DNA of 60,462 bases, counting the filler. It is 6 parts of 6 records of this genome, joined end to end, with 100 filler letters (N's around TTAATTAATTAA, not from the genome) between each part and the next. Parts side by side here need not be neighbours in the genome. Positions count along the whole stretch, not along the records: positions 32,081 to 42,046 come from SRR31156797_16133; positions 42,147 to 53,056 come from SRR31156797_16140; 4 more parts are not named here. The stretch is one strand, 5' to 3'. Shown here in pieces: positions 40,920-51,387 of the stretch. Each line of letters begins with the position of its first letter. Position 1 is the stretch's first letter. The notes under the pieces were generated by a model. The model had not been told where the DNA came from. It did not search any database and worked only from the letters and a program-made list of their open reading frames with translations. A program made the translations under genes and the position numbers.

Positions 40920-42046
40920 AGAATAAACTATTTGAAGCTTTACTCGATGTCATCCCATTTGGTGCTTATGCTGTTGATATAGAAACTTATGAAGTGATCT
41001 ATGCCAATAAGCTTATGCGTGAGAACATGTACGCTCCAAATGAAACTTACTGTTGGGAAAAAGTTTTTGGACAAGAAGAGATCTGCTCATGGTGTAGTAT
41101 CTTTCATCTTAAAGAAAAGAGAAAAGACAAAACTAACAAAGGAAAATATACTTGTGAGTTTTTTGATGAGACTGATGATAAGTGGTTAAAGTCTTATGAT
41201 GAACTTATGAGCTGGCCAGATGGGAGAGATGTAAAATACTCTATTTTAGTAGATATAAGTGATCAAAAAGATATCCAAGGATCTATGATCAAATCCCATG
41301 CAACACTTGCTATGAAAACAAAACAGCTTTCAAGTACCAATAAAAACTTACAAATCACAAAATTAAAACTCCAAAAATCTTTGAATCAATTAGAAGTAGA
41401 AAAACAAAAAGCGATCCATGATACAGATGTAAAATCAAGCTTTTTAGCAAATATGTCCCATGAAATAAGAACACCTATGAATGGTATCATAGGGATGATC
41501 CATCTTTTAAAACAAACTAATCTTGATCATTCCCAAAAAGAGTATGTAGATAAAATAGCAACAACCTCAAATAACCTTTTAGCGATCATCAATGATATTT
41601 TAGATTTTTCAAAGATCGAAGCTGGAAAACTCAATATTGAAAATATAAGTTTTGATATTAATGAAGTTATCTCTAATATTAAAAACCTTATCCAATTAAA
41701 AGTGTATGAAAAAGATCTTATTTTAAATATTGAGTTTAAAGGAGATAACCCTATTTTTTATGGAGATCCTCTTCGAATTGGACAAATTCTTATCAATCTT
41801 TTAAATAATGCCGTAAAATTTACTCACCAAGGAAAAATTGAGCTGATCATCGAACCACTCAATGATACTCGAGTTCGATTTTATATAAAAGACTCAGGGA
41901 TTGGGATTAGTGAAGAGAACTGTTTAACTCTTTTTGAACCATTTTCACAAGCAGATAATAGTACTACAAGAAAATATGGTGGGACAGGACTTGGACTTAC
42001 CATCTCTAAACAGCTTGTTGAACTTATGAATGGAAAGATTTGGGTA
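40913..42046 (+). CDS. Sensor histidine kinase with a paralogous PAS-like N-terminus (truncated at contig end)
   Basis: FLANMSHEIRTPMNG, NLLNNAVKFT, DSGIG, GGTGLGL. Confidence 0.9.
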
Positions 42047-42146
42047 NNNNNNNNNNNNNNNNNNNNNNNNNNNNNNNNNNNNNNNNNNNNTTAATTAATT
42101 AANNNNNNNNNNNNNNNNNNNNNNNNNNNNNNNNNNNNNNNNNNNN
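42047..42146. other. Artificial contig spacer
   Basis: N44-TTAATTAATTAA-N44. Confidence 0.99.
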
Positions 42147-42240
42147 CTGAAAAATGAGCAAAGACATCTTGACCATCTTCTCCTGTAATGAACCCAAAAC
42201 CTTTATCTGAATTAAACCATTTCACTGTACCTTTATTCAT
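42147..42240 (-). CDS. csp: Cold-shock protein, 5' half (truncated at contig end)
   Basis: [31 protein letters not shown] (RNP1/RNP2); AAGGAGG RBS. Confidence 0.93.
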
Positions 42241-42375
42241 ACTGTTTCCTCCTTGTGCATCTCTACGTATGCGTTTTGTTGCAATAAATGTTTGATTAGC
42301 AAAAGGAGAGTATAAGTTTAAGTATAGCACTCTTAATACGTTTCAAAATATATCACTATAAGTAGTATACCACAT
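42241..42375 (-). promoter_or_regulatory. csp promoter and long 5' UTR (possible cspA-type thermosensor leader)
   Basis: Extended -10 TGTGGTATACT about 125 nt upstream of the ATG; long leaders are typical of csp genes. Confidence 0.45.
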
Positions 42376-42584
42376 AATTATATAGGAATGTAGTTTTTTG
42401 GAAATAAGGTATTTTTCTAAAGTAAAGCTTAATTATATGAAATTTACGCCTGATGCACATGGCAATTTTTGTCTATCTAAGTATCTCTTAAAAGCTCTTC
42501 CTATATCTACATAATAATATTTCTTAACCCCCAAAAATAGAAGTAAACTAAATCTCCATACTTAAATGAATCACTAGTTTGCTC

Positions 42585-42998
42585 CTATTCTTTGGGATCA
42601 ATCTTCGTTGAATTGTTTTTTAGCATGTCTGTTGTTAAATTCTTTAAGGTATCAAATTCACCCTGATACGTAGCAATTCTAACTACAAATTCTACAACTT
42701 CCTGATTTTCCATTTTTAGGGAATGGCCATTTAGCTTAAGAAAAACATATGCAGCTAAAAATGCTGTACGTTTGTTTGCATTATGAAATGGATGATTTTT
42801 GATCAGGTTTATTAATAGGACTGCTGCTTTGCTAAACCCATCATGATATAAATCTTTTTCAAAAATATGTTGTTTGGGTTCATTAACAGCCATACTCAAC
42901 GCATTTTTATCACTGATACCAATTGTTTCCTGCGGTGAATAATTCTTTATTTGAATGACATTTAATTTTACTATATCTTTTTCACTTAAATAGATCAT
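42585..42998 (-). CDS. doc: Death-on-curing (Doc/Fic) toxin
   Basis: HPFHNANKRTA Doc-type motif. Confidence 0.9.
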   Translation of the reverse strand: MIYLSEKDIVKLNVIQIKNYSPQETIGISDKNALSMAVNEPKQHIFEKDLYHDGFSKAAVLLINLIKNHPFHNANKRTAFLAAYVFLKLNGHSLKMENQEVVEFVVRIATYQGEFDTLKNLTTDMLKNNSTKIDPKE

Positions 42999-43246
42999 CT
43001 ATCAACGAGTTCCTTAAATGCAGCATCACATTCAGATAGAGCTTGGTTCACATACATATCAATTTCAAAATCTAAATTGCTTTCTTCCTTCACGATCGCA
43101 TCCATCATTTTGTCTTCATCAATAAAAATTGTATCTCCAGGCTTCAAACCCTTTTGTAATAAACTTTCTTTTGATAAAGTTACAACTATTGAGTTACCTA
43201 CTTCTCTAATCTTCCTTTTTTTAATATTCATATTATCAGCTCCCAT
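42995..43246 (-). CDS. AbrB/MazE-like antitoxin
   Basis: RKIREVGNSIVVTL...GLKPGD; overlaps the doc start. Confidence 0.82.
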   Translation of the reverse strand: MGADNMNIKKRKIREVGNSIVVTLSKESLLQKGLKPGDTIFIDEDKMMDAIVKEESNLDFEIDMYVNQALSECDAAFKELVDR

Positions 43247-43403
43247 ATTATGTATACACCGTATATCCTAAACGCTCAAATATTTTTATTCTGTGTATAG
43301 TATCCCTTAGAAAGCACTGTGACAAAGACGAGTACTACTTTAATGCATATAATAAGTTGGAAAACAAAGTTGTTAAAGCTTAAAAAATTAGGAGGAAGAC
43401 ATT

Positions 43404-43660
43404 ATGACAAAAATTGTAGATTTACAAGGTGATTCAAGAATCATTGGATCAATGAAACCGGACAGATTCGTGGCAGGTATTACTAAAATTGCTCGGTACC
43501 ATTCAGCAACACCAAAAGGTGATGTGTGGGTATTTAAAAACCATTGGCGTAATTTAGGGTGAGGGAACTAGAGCCTACCATAAAGTTATTTTGCATAACG
43601 GATCAGTTCAATTGTTTTATTGGGATAACGTGATTAAAAAATGCGTAGGTGGATACGGTT
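43404..43660 (+). pseudogene. Decayed phage-type N-acetylmuramoyl-L-alanine amidase (lysin) fragment
   Basis: AGGAGG RBS; ITKIARYHSAT...NHWRNLG* followed, after a frameshift, by AYHKVILHNGSVQ. Confidence 0.6.
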
Positions 43661-43870
43661 GTTTAGCCATTGGACCGACAATAGACCGAAAACTGACATC
43701 TTATTAAGTAAGCGGACTTACAATTTTATAAAAAAAACCGCTTGAAAAAAAGTGAATGTGCATAGTTACCATGAGTAAAATCTACAGTTCGAAATTAAGC
43801 TAATATAAATTGACAAAAAATGCTTGCTAATGATTTTTTTTTAATGTAGGGTTATTATGCAAGGTGTATT

Positions 43871-43952
43871 AAAAAAGAAGAGTACTAGGCTAGAAAGTTT
43901 GGGGAAGTTTTTGGGGAAGTCTTTCTAAGCTTACCTAACACTCTTCTTTTTT
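43871..43952. ncRNA. Candidate small structured RNA
   Basis: Outer stem AAAAAAGAAGAGT/ACTCTTCTTTTTT, inner TAGAAAG/CTTTCTA, loop with two TTTGGGGAAGT copies; no ORF. Confidence 0.4.
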
Positions 43953-44020
43953 ATCTTATCATTATTATTACATAATAGATATTATTAATTAAACTATCGT
44001 CCAATTTTTTTCTTACGACC

Positions 44021-44058
44021 AAATCCCTCTTATTCAGATTCGAACAGGAGGGATTTTA
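44021..44058. terminator. Probable terminator hairpin
   Basis: AAATCCCTC...GAGGGATTT downstream of the minus-strand oxidoreductase operon. Confidence 0.55.
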
Positions 44059-44146
44059 TATTATCGTGGTTGGCTCTAAGCTAAAGATTTATGTGTTGTC
44101 CTCAAATGACGAACTATCGGTTGCATTTGTTTCTATATCTCCTTTC

Positions 44147-45151
44147 TCAATCCAATTTGACCACTACCTTGCCATTAGGATGACCATCTTTGACAAATGT
44201 TATAGTTTCGTTCACTTGTTCTAATGCGAACTCATGTGAATCAATTTTTGGTACGATATTTTCTTTTTCTACGATTTCTGATATTGCTCGTAATTGCTGC
44301 CCATTCGCTTGAACAAAAATAAAACAATACTCAACACCATGTTTCTTCGCTTTTTGATCTATCTTGGCGCCCGCTACTCCGAATACCCATTGTTTCCATT
44401 TTGGCATGTTTTGATTGATTGCAAATTGCTTATTTGGCCCTGCAATCAAACTAAGTAATTTCCCGCCAGATTTGATGATAGAAAGCTCCCGATCAATTTC
44501 TTCCGCGCCTAGCGTATCTATAACAAAATCAACTTTATCTAGAACTTCCCAATAGTTTTCTTTTTTATAATTTAAATATCGATCTGCACCTGCTTGGAGA
44601 ATTCGTTCTTTTGCAGCTGCATTTCCTGATACAATGACATGTAACCCAAGATGTTTCGCAAGTGGCACTGCCATTTGCCCGAAGCTCCCTGAGCCACCAG
44701 AAATAAAAACAGATTGACCAGCTTGAACTTGTAATATTTCTGTCAATCCTTGATAAGCGGTAAGTCCAGTCAAAGGAACGCCAGCCCCGGTAACAAAATC
44801 TAAATTCGTGGGTAAAAACCAAATTGCTGATTGATCGACTGCGACATATTCCGCAAATGCGCCAATTTTATCCACTGGTAATCTTGTATAGACTTTATCT
44901 CCTTTTTTAAAATTGGTTACTTCACTTCCGGCAGCTTCGATTATCCCCGTTAATTCATTTCCAAGTGTCAATGGTTTTGGGTAGTCTTGAATCAACTTTA
45001 CAGCCCCCGTAATATTTAAAGTTTCTAATGGATTGACTGCGGCCACTTTTACTTTAATTAGCACCTCATGCTTTGAAATTTTTGGAATTGGAATATCTGT
45101 AATTTTTACATCAATTGATTTGGAATAATGATTGATTTGCGCTGCTTTCAT
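44147..45151 (-). CDS. NADP-dependent oxidoreductase (MDR / quinone reductase-like)
   Basis: VNPLE, GAFAEY, PLTGLTAYQ, GGSGSFG, GKVVV. Confidence 0.88.
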   Translation of the reverse strand: MKAAQINHYSKSIDVKITDIPIPKISKHEVLIKVKVAAVNPLETLNITGAVKLIQDYPKPLTLGNELTGIIEAAGSEVTNFKKGDKVYTRLPVDKIGAFAEYVAVDQSAIWFLPTNLDFVTGAGVPLTGLTAYQGLTEILQVQAGQSVFISGGSGSFGQMAVPLAKHLGLHVIVSGNAAAKERILQAGADRYLNYKKENYWEVLDKVDFVIDTLGAEEIDRELSIIKSGGKLLSLIAGPNKQFAINQNMPKWKQWVFGVAGAKIDQKAKKHGVEYCFIFVQANGQQLRAISEIVEKENIVPKIDSHEFALEQVNETITFVKDGHPNGKVVVKLD

Positions 45152-45215
45152 CTAAATTTCACTCTCCTATTAAAGAAACCACCAATATTTTTTTATTGAT
45201 GTTTTCTTTTGTTGT

Positions 45216-46035
45216 CTAGTTCATTTCAGGATAATCGGCATAGCCAACTTCTCCTTGGTTGACATAAAACGTATTTGGATTCGGTGAATTTAAGGGATAC
45301 TCATTTTTTAATCGTTCCACTAGATCAGGATTCGCCAAAGAGATGACTCCTACCGAAACAAGATCAGCTAAATCATTCTCTAAATCACTCGCTATACTTG
45401 ATAATGGGCGATATGGTCTGTTTACGATTAAAACACTGTCCCATAAATGGCTAATATCTTGTAAAAACGCTTCTTTTCCTACACATGCAGTGGATTAAAT
45501 AGACGTTTACTCCATGAATTTCCACACCATCTGCTCCTGCTTCGATTGCTAAAGAGGCAGCATGACGGTACTCATCAATGATAGTAGGAATATCTTCTGT
45601 TTGTATGGCTTTCGGAACAGGAATATCTTGCATTCCTGTAAGTGTAAACATTTTTTCTTTAGGTGCGATTGCTGAAGGCGCGATTGCTTTTTTATGAGAG
45701 GGCAAGTTATCCGGGTGTGATATTCTCCCAACATACATTAATTGAATAAAAATTTTCCCACCTTTTGCATGGACTTCATCAATTACTGTCTTCCAAGCGT
45801 TGGCTTGTTCGATAGTATAAATTCCTGCGTATTAAGATAACCTTGACCTATTTCTGATGGTTGTACGCCTTCAGTAATAATCAATCCCATTGAAGTGCGT
45901 TGTCCGTAGTACTTTTCTGCGTATTCTCCAGGAAGACCATCTTCTGTTGCGCGACTACGAGTCATCGGCGCCATAACCAGCCTGTTTTTTTAATAGGATC
46001 TCCCCTAATTGATTTTCTTCGAATAATCTATCCAT
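45216..46035 (-). pseudogene. Old yellow enzyme (NemA-like alkene reductase) pseudogene
   Basis: MAPMTRSRA, GRISHP, AGADGVEIHGVNVY, ANPDLV and YADYP are split across frames (including a poly-A frameshift near 45990); shorter than full length, so probably an internal deletion. Confidence 0.85.
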
Positions 46036-46053
46036 TTTGTTTTCTCCCTTATC

Positions 46054-46800
46054 TTATAATCCTTGTAATATTGGGTGAATTCCATCATTCAATACAAATT
46101 CGTTCTTTTCATTTACAATCCCTACGATATGATCACTTTCATATAGCTTGATCAAGAATTGTGCCATTTCCTTTGCTGTATGATACTGTTTCACACCCGT
46201 GCTATAGTCAAAACTATCAAGATTATTGGCTTTAGCAATAAATTCTGTTTCCGTGATTGCTGGTGCCAAAACTTTCGCTTTCAGTCGATGTCCTTGCAAT
46301 TCTTTCGCTAAACCCTCGGTATAAACGCTAACATAATATTTTGTTGCCGAATAAATGGTATTACCTAATGCAAGTATATAACCCATAGCTGATGAAACAT
46401 TGATTAATTGTGTATTTTCTTTATCGGCATATTCTTTTGCAAAAAGAGCAGACAAAATAGTTACTGCATCAATGTTTACTCGTAACATAGATTCTATTTT
46501 CAGGAGGTCTTCATTAATGATTAAACCCGAATCTCCTAAGCCTGCATTATTAATCCATGTTTCAATATTATAGGATTTCAAGTCTTCATATAACTCATAG
46601 ACCTGTCCTCGATCAGATAAATCGCTACTTTTGAGAACAATGTTAAGTGTATTATCTTCAAAAAGAATCTTTTCCTTCAGTTCCTCTAATTTATCCATTC
46701 GTCTGGCTACTAATATCAAATTCTTTCCTTTTGCGGAAAATGCCAGAGCTGCTTCATAGCCAATTCCTGAACTAGCTCCTGTAATCACTGTAAATTCCAT
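46054..46800 (-). CDS. SDR-family oxidoreductase
   Basis: TGASSGIG, INNAG, YSATK. Confidence 0.9.
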   Translation of the reverse strand: MEFTVITGASSGIGYEAALAFSAKGKNLILVARRMDKLEELKEKILFEDNTLNIVLKSSDLSDRGQVYELYEDLKSYNIETWINNAGLGDSGLIINEDLLKIESMLRVNIDAVTILSALFAKEYADKENTQLINVSSAMGYILALGNTIYSATKYYVSVYTEGLAKELQGHRLKAKVLAPAITETEFIAKANNLDSFDYSTGVKQYHTAKEMAQFLIKLYESDHIVGIVNEKNEFVLNDGIHPILQGL

Positions 46801-46814
46801 GTTTTGTGACTCCT

Positions 46815-47387
46815 TTAGAATATATTTTTTAGTGTTTGGTCAATAATTATATTTAATTTTTGAGAATCATTCGTTGTTTTTGCCAATACTCGAATACCAA
46901 CTAATGCATTATGAAGATAGTATGCTAACGCTTGTATATTCGTATTTGGCGTCAGTTGTTTTTCCTCTTGCGCTTTCTCCAATATCTCAGAAATAATTTG
47001 AACTTCACAATCAAAATAATCTTGAACTTCTTTAGCTATACTAGGATCAATGTATGATAATTCGGTTGCAGAATTTACAATTAAGCATCCTGCCCTATTT
47101 TTCTCCGTCGAAAGAACGATTGAAAAAAGACTCTTTAAACGGTCATATCCTGATATGCTTACAGATAACGTTTTGTCTATTTTACGAGCAATCATTTCTT
47201 CATAGCGCTTTAGGGATAGAACAAATAGATTATGCTTATCGCCAAAAGTATCATAAATACTACGTCGATGAATCCCCATTGCATCGACTAAATCCTGTAT
47301 CGAAGTAGCTTCATATCCATTTTCCCAAAAGACATCCATCGCTCGATCTAAAACTTCTTGAGTATCAAACTCCTTTGGTCTCCCCAC
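46815..47387 (-). CDS. TetR/AcrR-family regulator (NemR/ComR-like)
   Basis: GRPKEFD...GYEATSIQDL...SIYDTFGDK, GCLIVNS; GTG start after GGAG. Confidence 0.9.
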   Translation of the reverse strand: MGRPKEFDTQEVLDRAMDVFWENGYEATSIQDLVDAMGIHRRSIYDTFGDKHNLFVLSLKRYEEMIARKIDKTLSVSISGYDRLKSLFSIVLSTEKNRAGCLIVNSATELSYIDPSIAKEVQDYFDCEVQIISEILEKAQEEKQLTPNTNIQALAYYLHNALVGIRVLAKTTNDSQKLNIIIDQTLKNIF

Positions 47388-47428
47388 ATTATTAACTCCT
47401 TTGGTTATAATTTTTATTTGATCCATTA

Positions 47429-47500
47429 TTTAGAACGACCATTCTAAAAATTATCTAAAAAAAGAAATCCTCTTCCCGAAATTACTAGAACGATTATTCT
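47429..47500. promoter_or_regulatory. Two TetR operator-like palindromes
   Basis: TTTAGAACGACCATTCTAAA (47429-47448) and TAGAACGATTATTCT (47486-47500) upstream of the TetR gene. Confidence 0.65.
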
Positions 47501-47997
47501 CAAAATAGCATAATTATTAAATTTTGCAAAGCATTTTGTTTAAAACGTTAAATAAGCTTAATTTACTGACCCTTGTAAAGTAAAAAGATTATTTTGCTTC
47601 TCATGTAACCTAATAAACTCTTTACACTAACATTATTCCCATACAATCCATTTGCTATTTTCCACCAATAGAGACATAATTCTGAAGGATATATTCCATC
47701 CGGATCAGTTAGAATAAGCTCTTCCTAGTCTATTCCTACCCACATTTAATAAAATAGTATAGTATCTTAAGTAATCAACCTACAAACAATTAATACGTTG
47801 CGAGAAAAATATCAGACTTGTTATATAAAGTTTTAACAGTAACTTTTAAAACCATATTGAAAATAGTAAAGAACGGAACTAAACTGAATCATACATAAGC
47901 AAAAATACTTTCTAATTTCTTTCTATTTAAGCGCTTACTACCAATAAGGAGATATAAAAGGTTGAATATGTTATACTACATAAAAGGAAGTGATCGC

Positions 47998-48243
47998 ATG
48001 ATTTACAAGACTGTAATATGGTTAGTGCCAGAAAATAATAGTTATGTTGGCTTCCATGAAGAAAGAATCTCATTCGTCAATTTAAATACAGAGGAGCTTT
48101 CCAATTTATATATCATCACTCGTAGTTATAAGTATCAAGATGTATTGCGTAGAATTTTTGATGAAAATATGAATCATAACGATAATGATGTTAGGTTTTA
48201 TTTCTACAAAGATGAATATCTTGCTGTTAGAGTTCTTGATTGA
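47998..48243 (+). CDS. Hypothetical protein
   Basis: RBS AGGAAGTGA before ATG 47998; 81 aa. Confidence 0.5.
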   Translation: MIYKTVIWLVPENNSYVGFHEERISFVNLNTEELSNLYIITRSYKYQDVLRRIFDENMNHNDNDVRFYFYKDEYLAVRVLD

Positions 48244-48472
48244 TTCTTATTTTCAATTCTCAATAATTAAAAATACAAAAAAGAAAATGTTACTATAAAG
48301 ACCGATTTTGCTCATTTATGAACAAAATACTAGCTTTCACTTTTTATTAATTTATTTTCAATAAATTTTGATTATTCTAAACAGCCTCTCCTCGAATACG
48401 CTTTTCAAAATCTACTATACCTTGGAATTAATTAATAGTAATCTGAGCACTAATGAAAGGAGACGATATTTA

Positions 48473-48619
48473 ATGTACGTTGTAAAAGTATTGCATGGCT
48501 ATATAACACCTGACGGGTACCGAACACTTTTTAAAAGCAAAGCAAGATTATTTCAATATAAATATGAAGCAGAAGAATTTGCATCCAAGATAGGCGGAAG
48601 AGTAAATAAAGTAGAATAG
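48473..48619 (+). CDS. Small hypothetical protein (48 aa)
   Basis: Strong RBS AAAGGAG; MYVVKVLHGYI...AEEFASKIGGRV. Confidence 0.6.
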   Translation: MYVVKVLHGYITPDGYRTLFKSKARLFQYKYEAEEFASKIGGRVNKVE

Positions 48620-49044
48620 CTGATTGGAAGTAGAGAAGTCATTTTTTCGCTTAAAAAAACTTTATATATTTCACTTGATTCACTCCACTTTATGTTAATA
48701 TTTGCTTATTTTTACTTTTCTGATTAACCTAAACTATATTTACTATGTCTTCAGAACCAAAATTTTATGGAATATCAGACCTTCACCAGAATTAAATGAC
48801 AGAACTGAAGCTATAGTACTTTCTCTTATATTAACTTTTTCAATAAGTTTAGGCTATTCTAGATTGATAGAGTTAATTTGTATCTCACAGTCAAATTAAT
48901 GCTTCAATTGAAATTTGTCATAATTTCCTTTAAGCAGTGTTCGTTAAAGAGATGTATAATTAATACTCTGGTGCAGTATTCTAATTCTTCATTAGCTTTA
49001 TCTGATTTATCATTTTATTTTAAAATTATACAAAGAGGTGACTT

Positions 49045-49299
49045 ATGTTAAAAACAAAAATTGATATTGTCTCACTAATGAAAAATGTATCCATACAAGC
49101 GGCTGATTCTTTCGATAGTGCCTCAGTTATTGCAGAGTTCGAAACACCCATTGAAGTACTTGAGTTTTCAGAGAAAAAATTCAATTCCACATCCGAAGAA
49201 TTCCTACATGCCTTCCATAAAATTTTCCAGGATGCCTATGTTACAGAACTCATTAAACAATTAAAAGATCAAAATGTAAGTTTCAAATACCTCTCTTAA
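49045..49299 (+). CDS. Hypothetical protein
   Basis: GAGGTG RBS; 84 aa; TGTATAAT -10-like element upstream. Confidence 0.6.
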   Translation: MLKTKIDIVSLMKNVSIQAADSFDSASVIAEFETPIEVLEFSEKKFNSTSEEFLHAFHKIFQDAYVTELIKQLKDQNVSFKYLS

Positions 49300-50169
49300 A
49301 AATCAATTGAAGTAATACCTATAAAAACGTCTAAAAAAATGACCATCTTGATGTTCACAAGTAATTTTTTAATTATTTGTAATGGATTTTTAAAAAATTA
49401 AGTTTTCTTAATTATTTGGTAATTAATCTCTTCTAAGGTTAAGTTGAGTAAGGGGGCTGGTTTCAAAAGCTGATTTTTCTCCTTGGATAAATTATTTTCG
49501 TCATGCTCTGTCCCATTCCAGCGTTCATCTGGCGAGGAAAGCATCAAATTATTCCTCGCTAGTCAAATATTTATATAAATTTATTTGATATTCCTTCTGA
49601 TAAGATAAGTCTTTTTCAGAAATTCCAAATATTCTTTGCTAAGTAATAAATTGAAAATAAGTACGTAATTATTAATACTATATTTACTTTTACATTTTTT
49701 GTATTTTCGATATAATTGGTTTCTTGTCAATCTACACCAATGCTATTTTCATTGTTCTTCCCTTAAATAAATCCTCCCCATCCTGATTGTTCGTTCATGT
49801 TTCTTCCGGTAGCTTCCCGATAAAATGAATTTTTTCATGAAGAATCATATTGATTAACTGATTTTCTGATTCAAGAAGTAATCCCCCAATGAATGCTTTA
49901 TCTAATTCTAACAAAATTTGAATTTGTGCATTTAACGCAATATGGTTCCTCCATTTTCAAAAAAATTCCCTCATCTTTATAAACTTGTTTAAACTCTCGA
50001 TATAATTCTTCATAGTACAAGTTAGTTTTTTGATATTTTTAAGAATTATCGTCATGAACAACTCTTTTTTAGAAGAAGCTAAATAGTCTCCCAGGCTATG
50101 AATAGTTTTCACTAACACCTTCTCTCCTCTTTCCTTTTTTACAGGCAGTTTGCATGTTATCTTTATTTA

Positions 50170-50265
50170 AATAATTGCTCAATGGATAGAACACTTCATC
50201 TTGTGCTCGGTTCTGGGACAAACTCATATCGAAATGCAAGTGAGGACCGGTACTTATTTCCAGTA
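50170..50265 (-). pseudogene. M23 peptidase C-terminal remnant
   Basis: STGPHLHF motif without the upstream domain. Confidence 0.5.
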
Positions 50266-50836
50266 GTATTAAGGGAGACACTGATTGAAACGAGTGGATT
50301 CCTTTAATTATCAGAGGATTCAGATAAAATATTATTCTATACTTGTTATGTAATAAAATAGTTCAATTATGCTATAAAAAAGTGTTCAGAAACTAGTTTC
50401 TAAACACTTTTTTAACAGTTCCCTCATGTATATCTTCTTATTTCAGATTTGATTTTACTCAACATATCTTGCCGCCAAGAACGGTTTATATACTCCAACC
50501 AAAAGAAAGGCCTCTAGAGTATAAGAGTATACTCTAGTGACTTCCCAATAAACAAAAAATTTGAAAGCTTGTCTCTCTTAAGAACTTGCTTAAATTTCAG
50601 AATCATACCTATGATTAAACAATTCGATACTTGAGTTTACATTAAAAAAAGAGCGATCAGAGAAAAGTCTGTTTCTGATCACTCTCTACAAACTTTATTT
50701 ATATATTTCCCCCTAAAATATACACTTCGCGGATCAACTCAGTTACTAAATATCCCCCTCGCTAGTCAGCAATTTGACATTTCGATGCTTGATTAACCCC
50801 ACAGATTCACTCTTATCACTTGTGAATATTAATGTC

Positions 50837-51226
50837 TTAACCAGAAATATTTTCTGTCAGGTGATTATCTTCTGTATTTTCACCATAAGTTTTCCCAAAG
50901 CTTTCCATCATATTTATAATAGGTATAAAAGCTTGCCCTTTTTCTGTTAAAGAATACTCAACACGAGGAGGCACTTCGGGAAATACTTGTCGTTTCACAA
51001 GTCCATCAGCTTCTAATTCTCTGAGTTGCTTTGTGAGAGAACCTTGAGAAATATTCCATAAGAATTTTTTTATTTCACCATAACGATGCTTTTCTGATTT
51101 TAAAAACCATAATATTAAAGCTTTCCAACGTCCAGTCAATATGTTTTGTGTGTAGGCAATACCATATTTTTCTTTTTGATTCTCAATAAATTCCTTTTCA
51201 AAACCATTCTTACATAATTTTGCCAT
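50837..51226 (-). CDS. HxlR-family winged-helix regulator
   Basis: N-terminal Cys, GRWKALIL, LTKQLRELEADGL, PPRVEYSLT. Confidence 0.92.
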   Translation of the reverse strand: MAKLCKNGFEKEFIENQKEKYGIAYTQNILTGRWKALILWFLKSEKHRYGEIKKFLWNISQGSLTKQLRELEADGLVKRQVFPEVPPRVEYSLTEKGQAFIPIINMMESFGKTYGENTEDNHLTENISG

Positions 51227-51244
51227 ATTTCTTTTCGCCCCCTT

Positions 51245-51264
51245 TAGTACTTTTAAATGTACTA
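51245..51264. promoter_or_regulatory. Palindromic operator between the hxlR-like gene and the flavoenzyme gene
   Basis: TAGTAC-N8-GTACTA in the divergent promoter region. Confidence 0.6.
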
Positions 51265-51387
51265 CGGCATAAATAATAGCCTACTTTAAAAACTTAAGCA
51301 ACAGATATATTATAGTGTCAGGACTTCGATAAAATAATCAATTATAAGTCTTTGGTATACAAATATTCTAATGGAAGGAAGGTTTTT

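Noticed and set aside
49400..50060. Coding-like minus-strand sequence
   Set aside because: Broken by stops, and I could not recognise a family.
50514..50537. Palindrome CTAGAGTATA-AGAG-TATACTCTAG, MerR-operator-like
   Set aside because: No MerR gene or intact target gene is adjacent; the surrounding DNA looks decayed.
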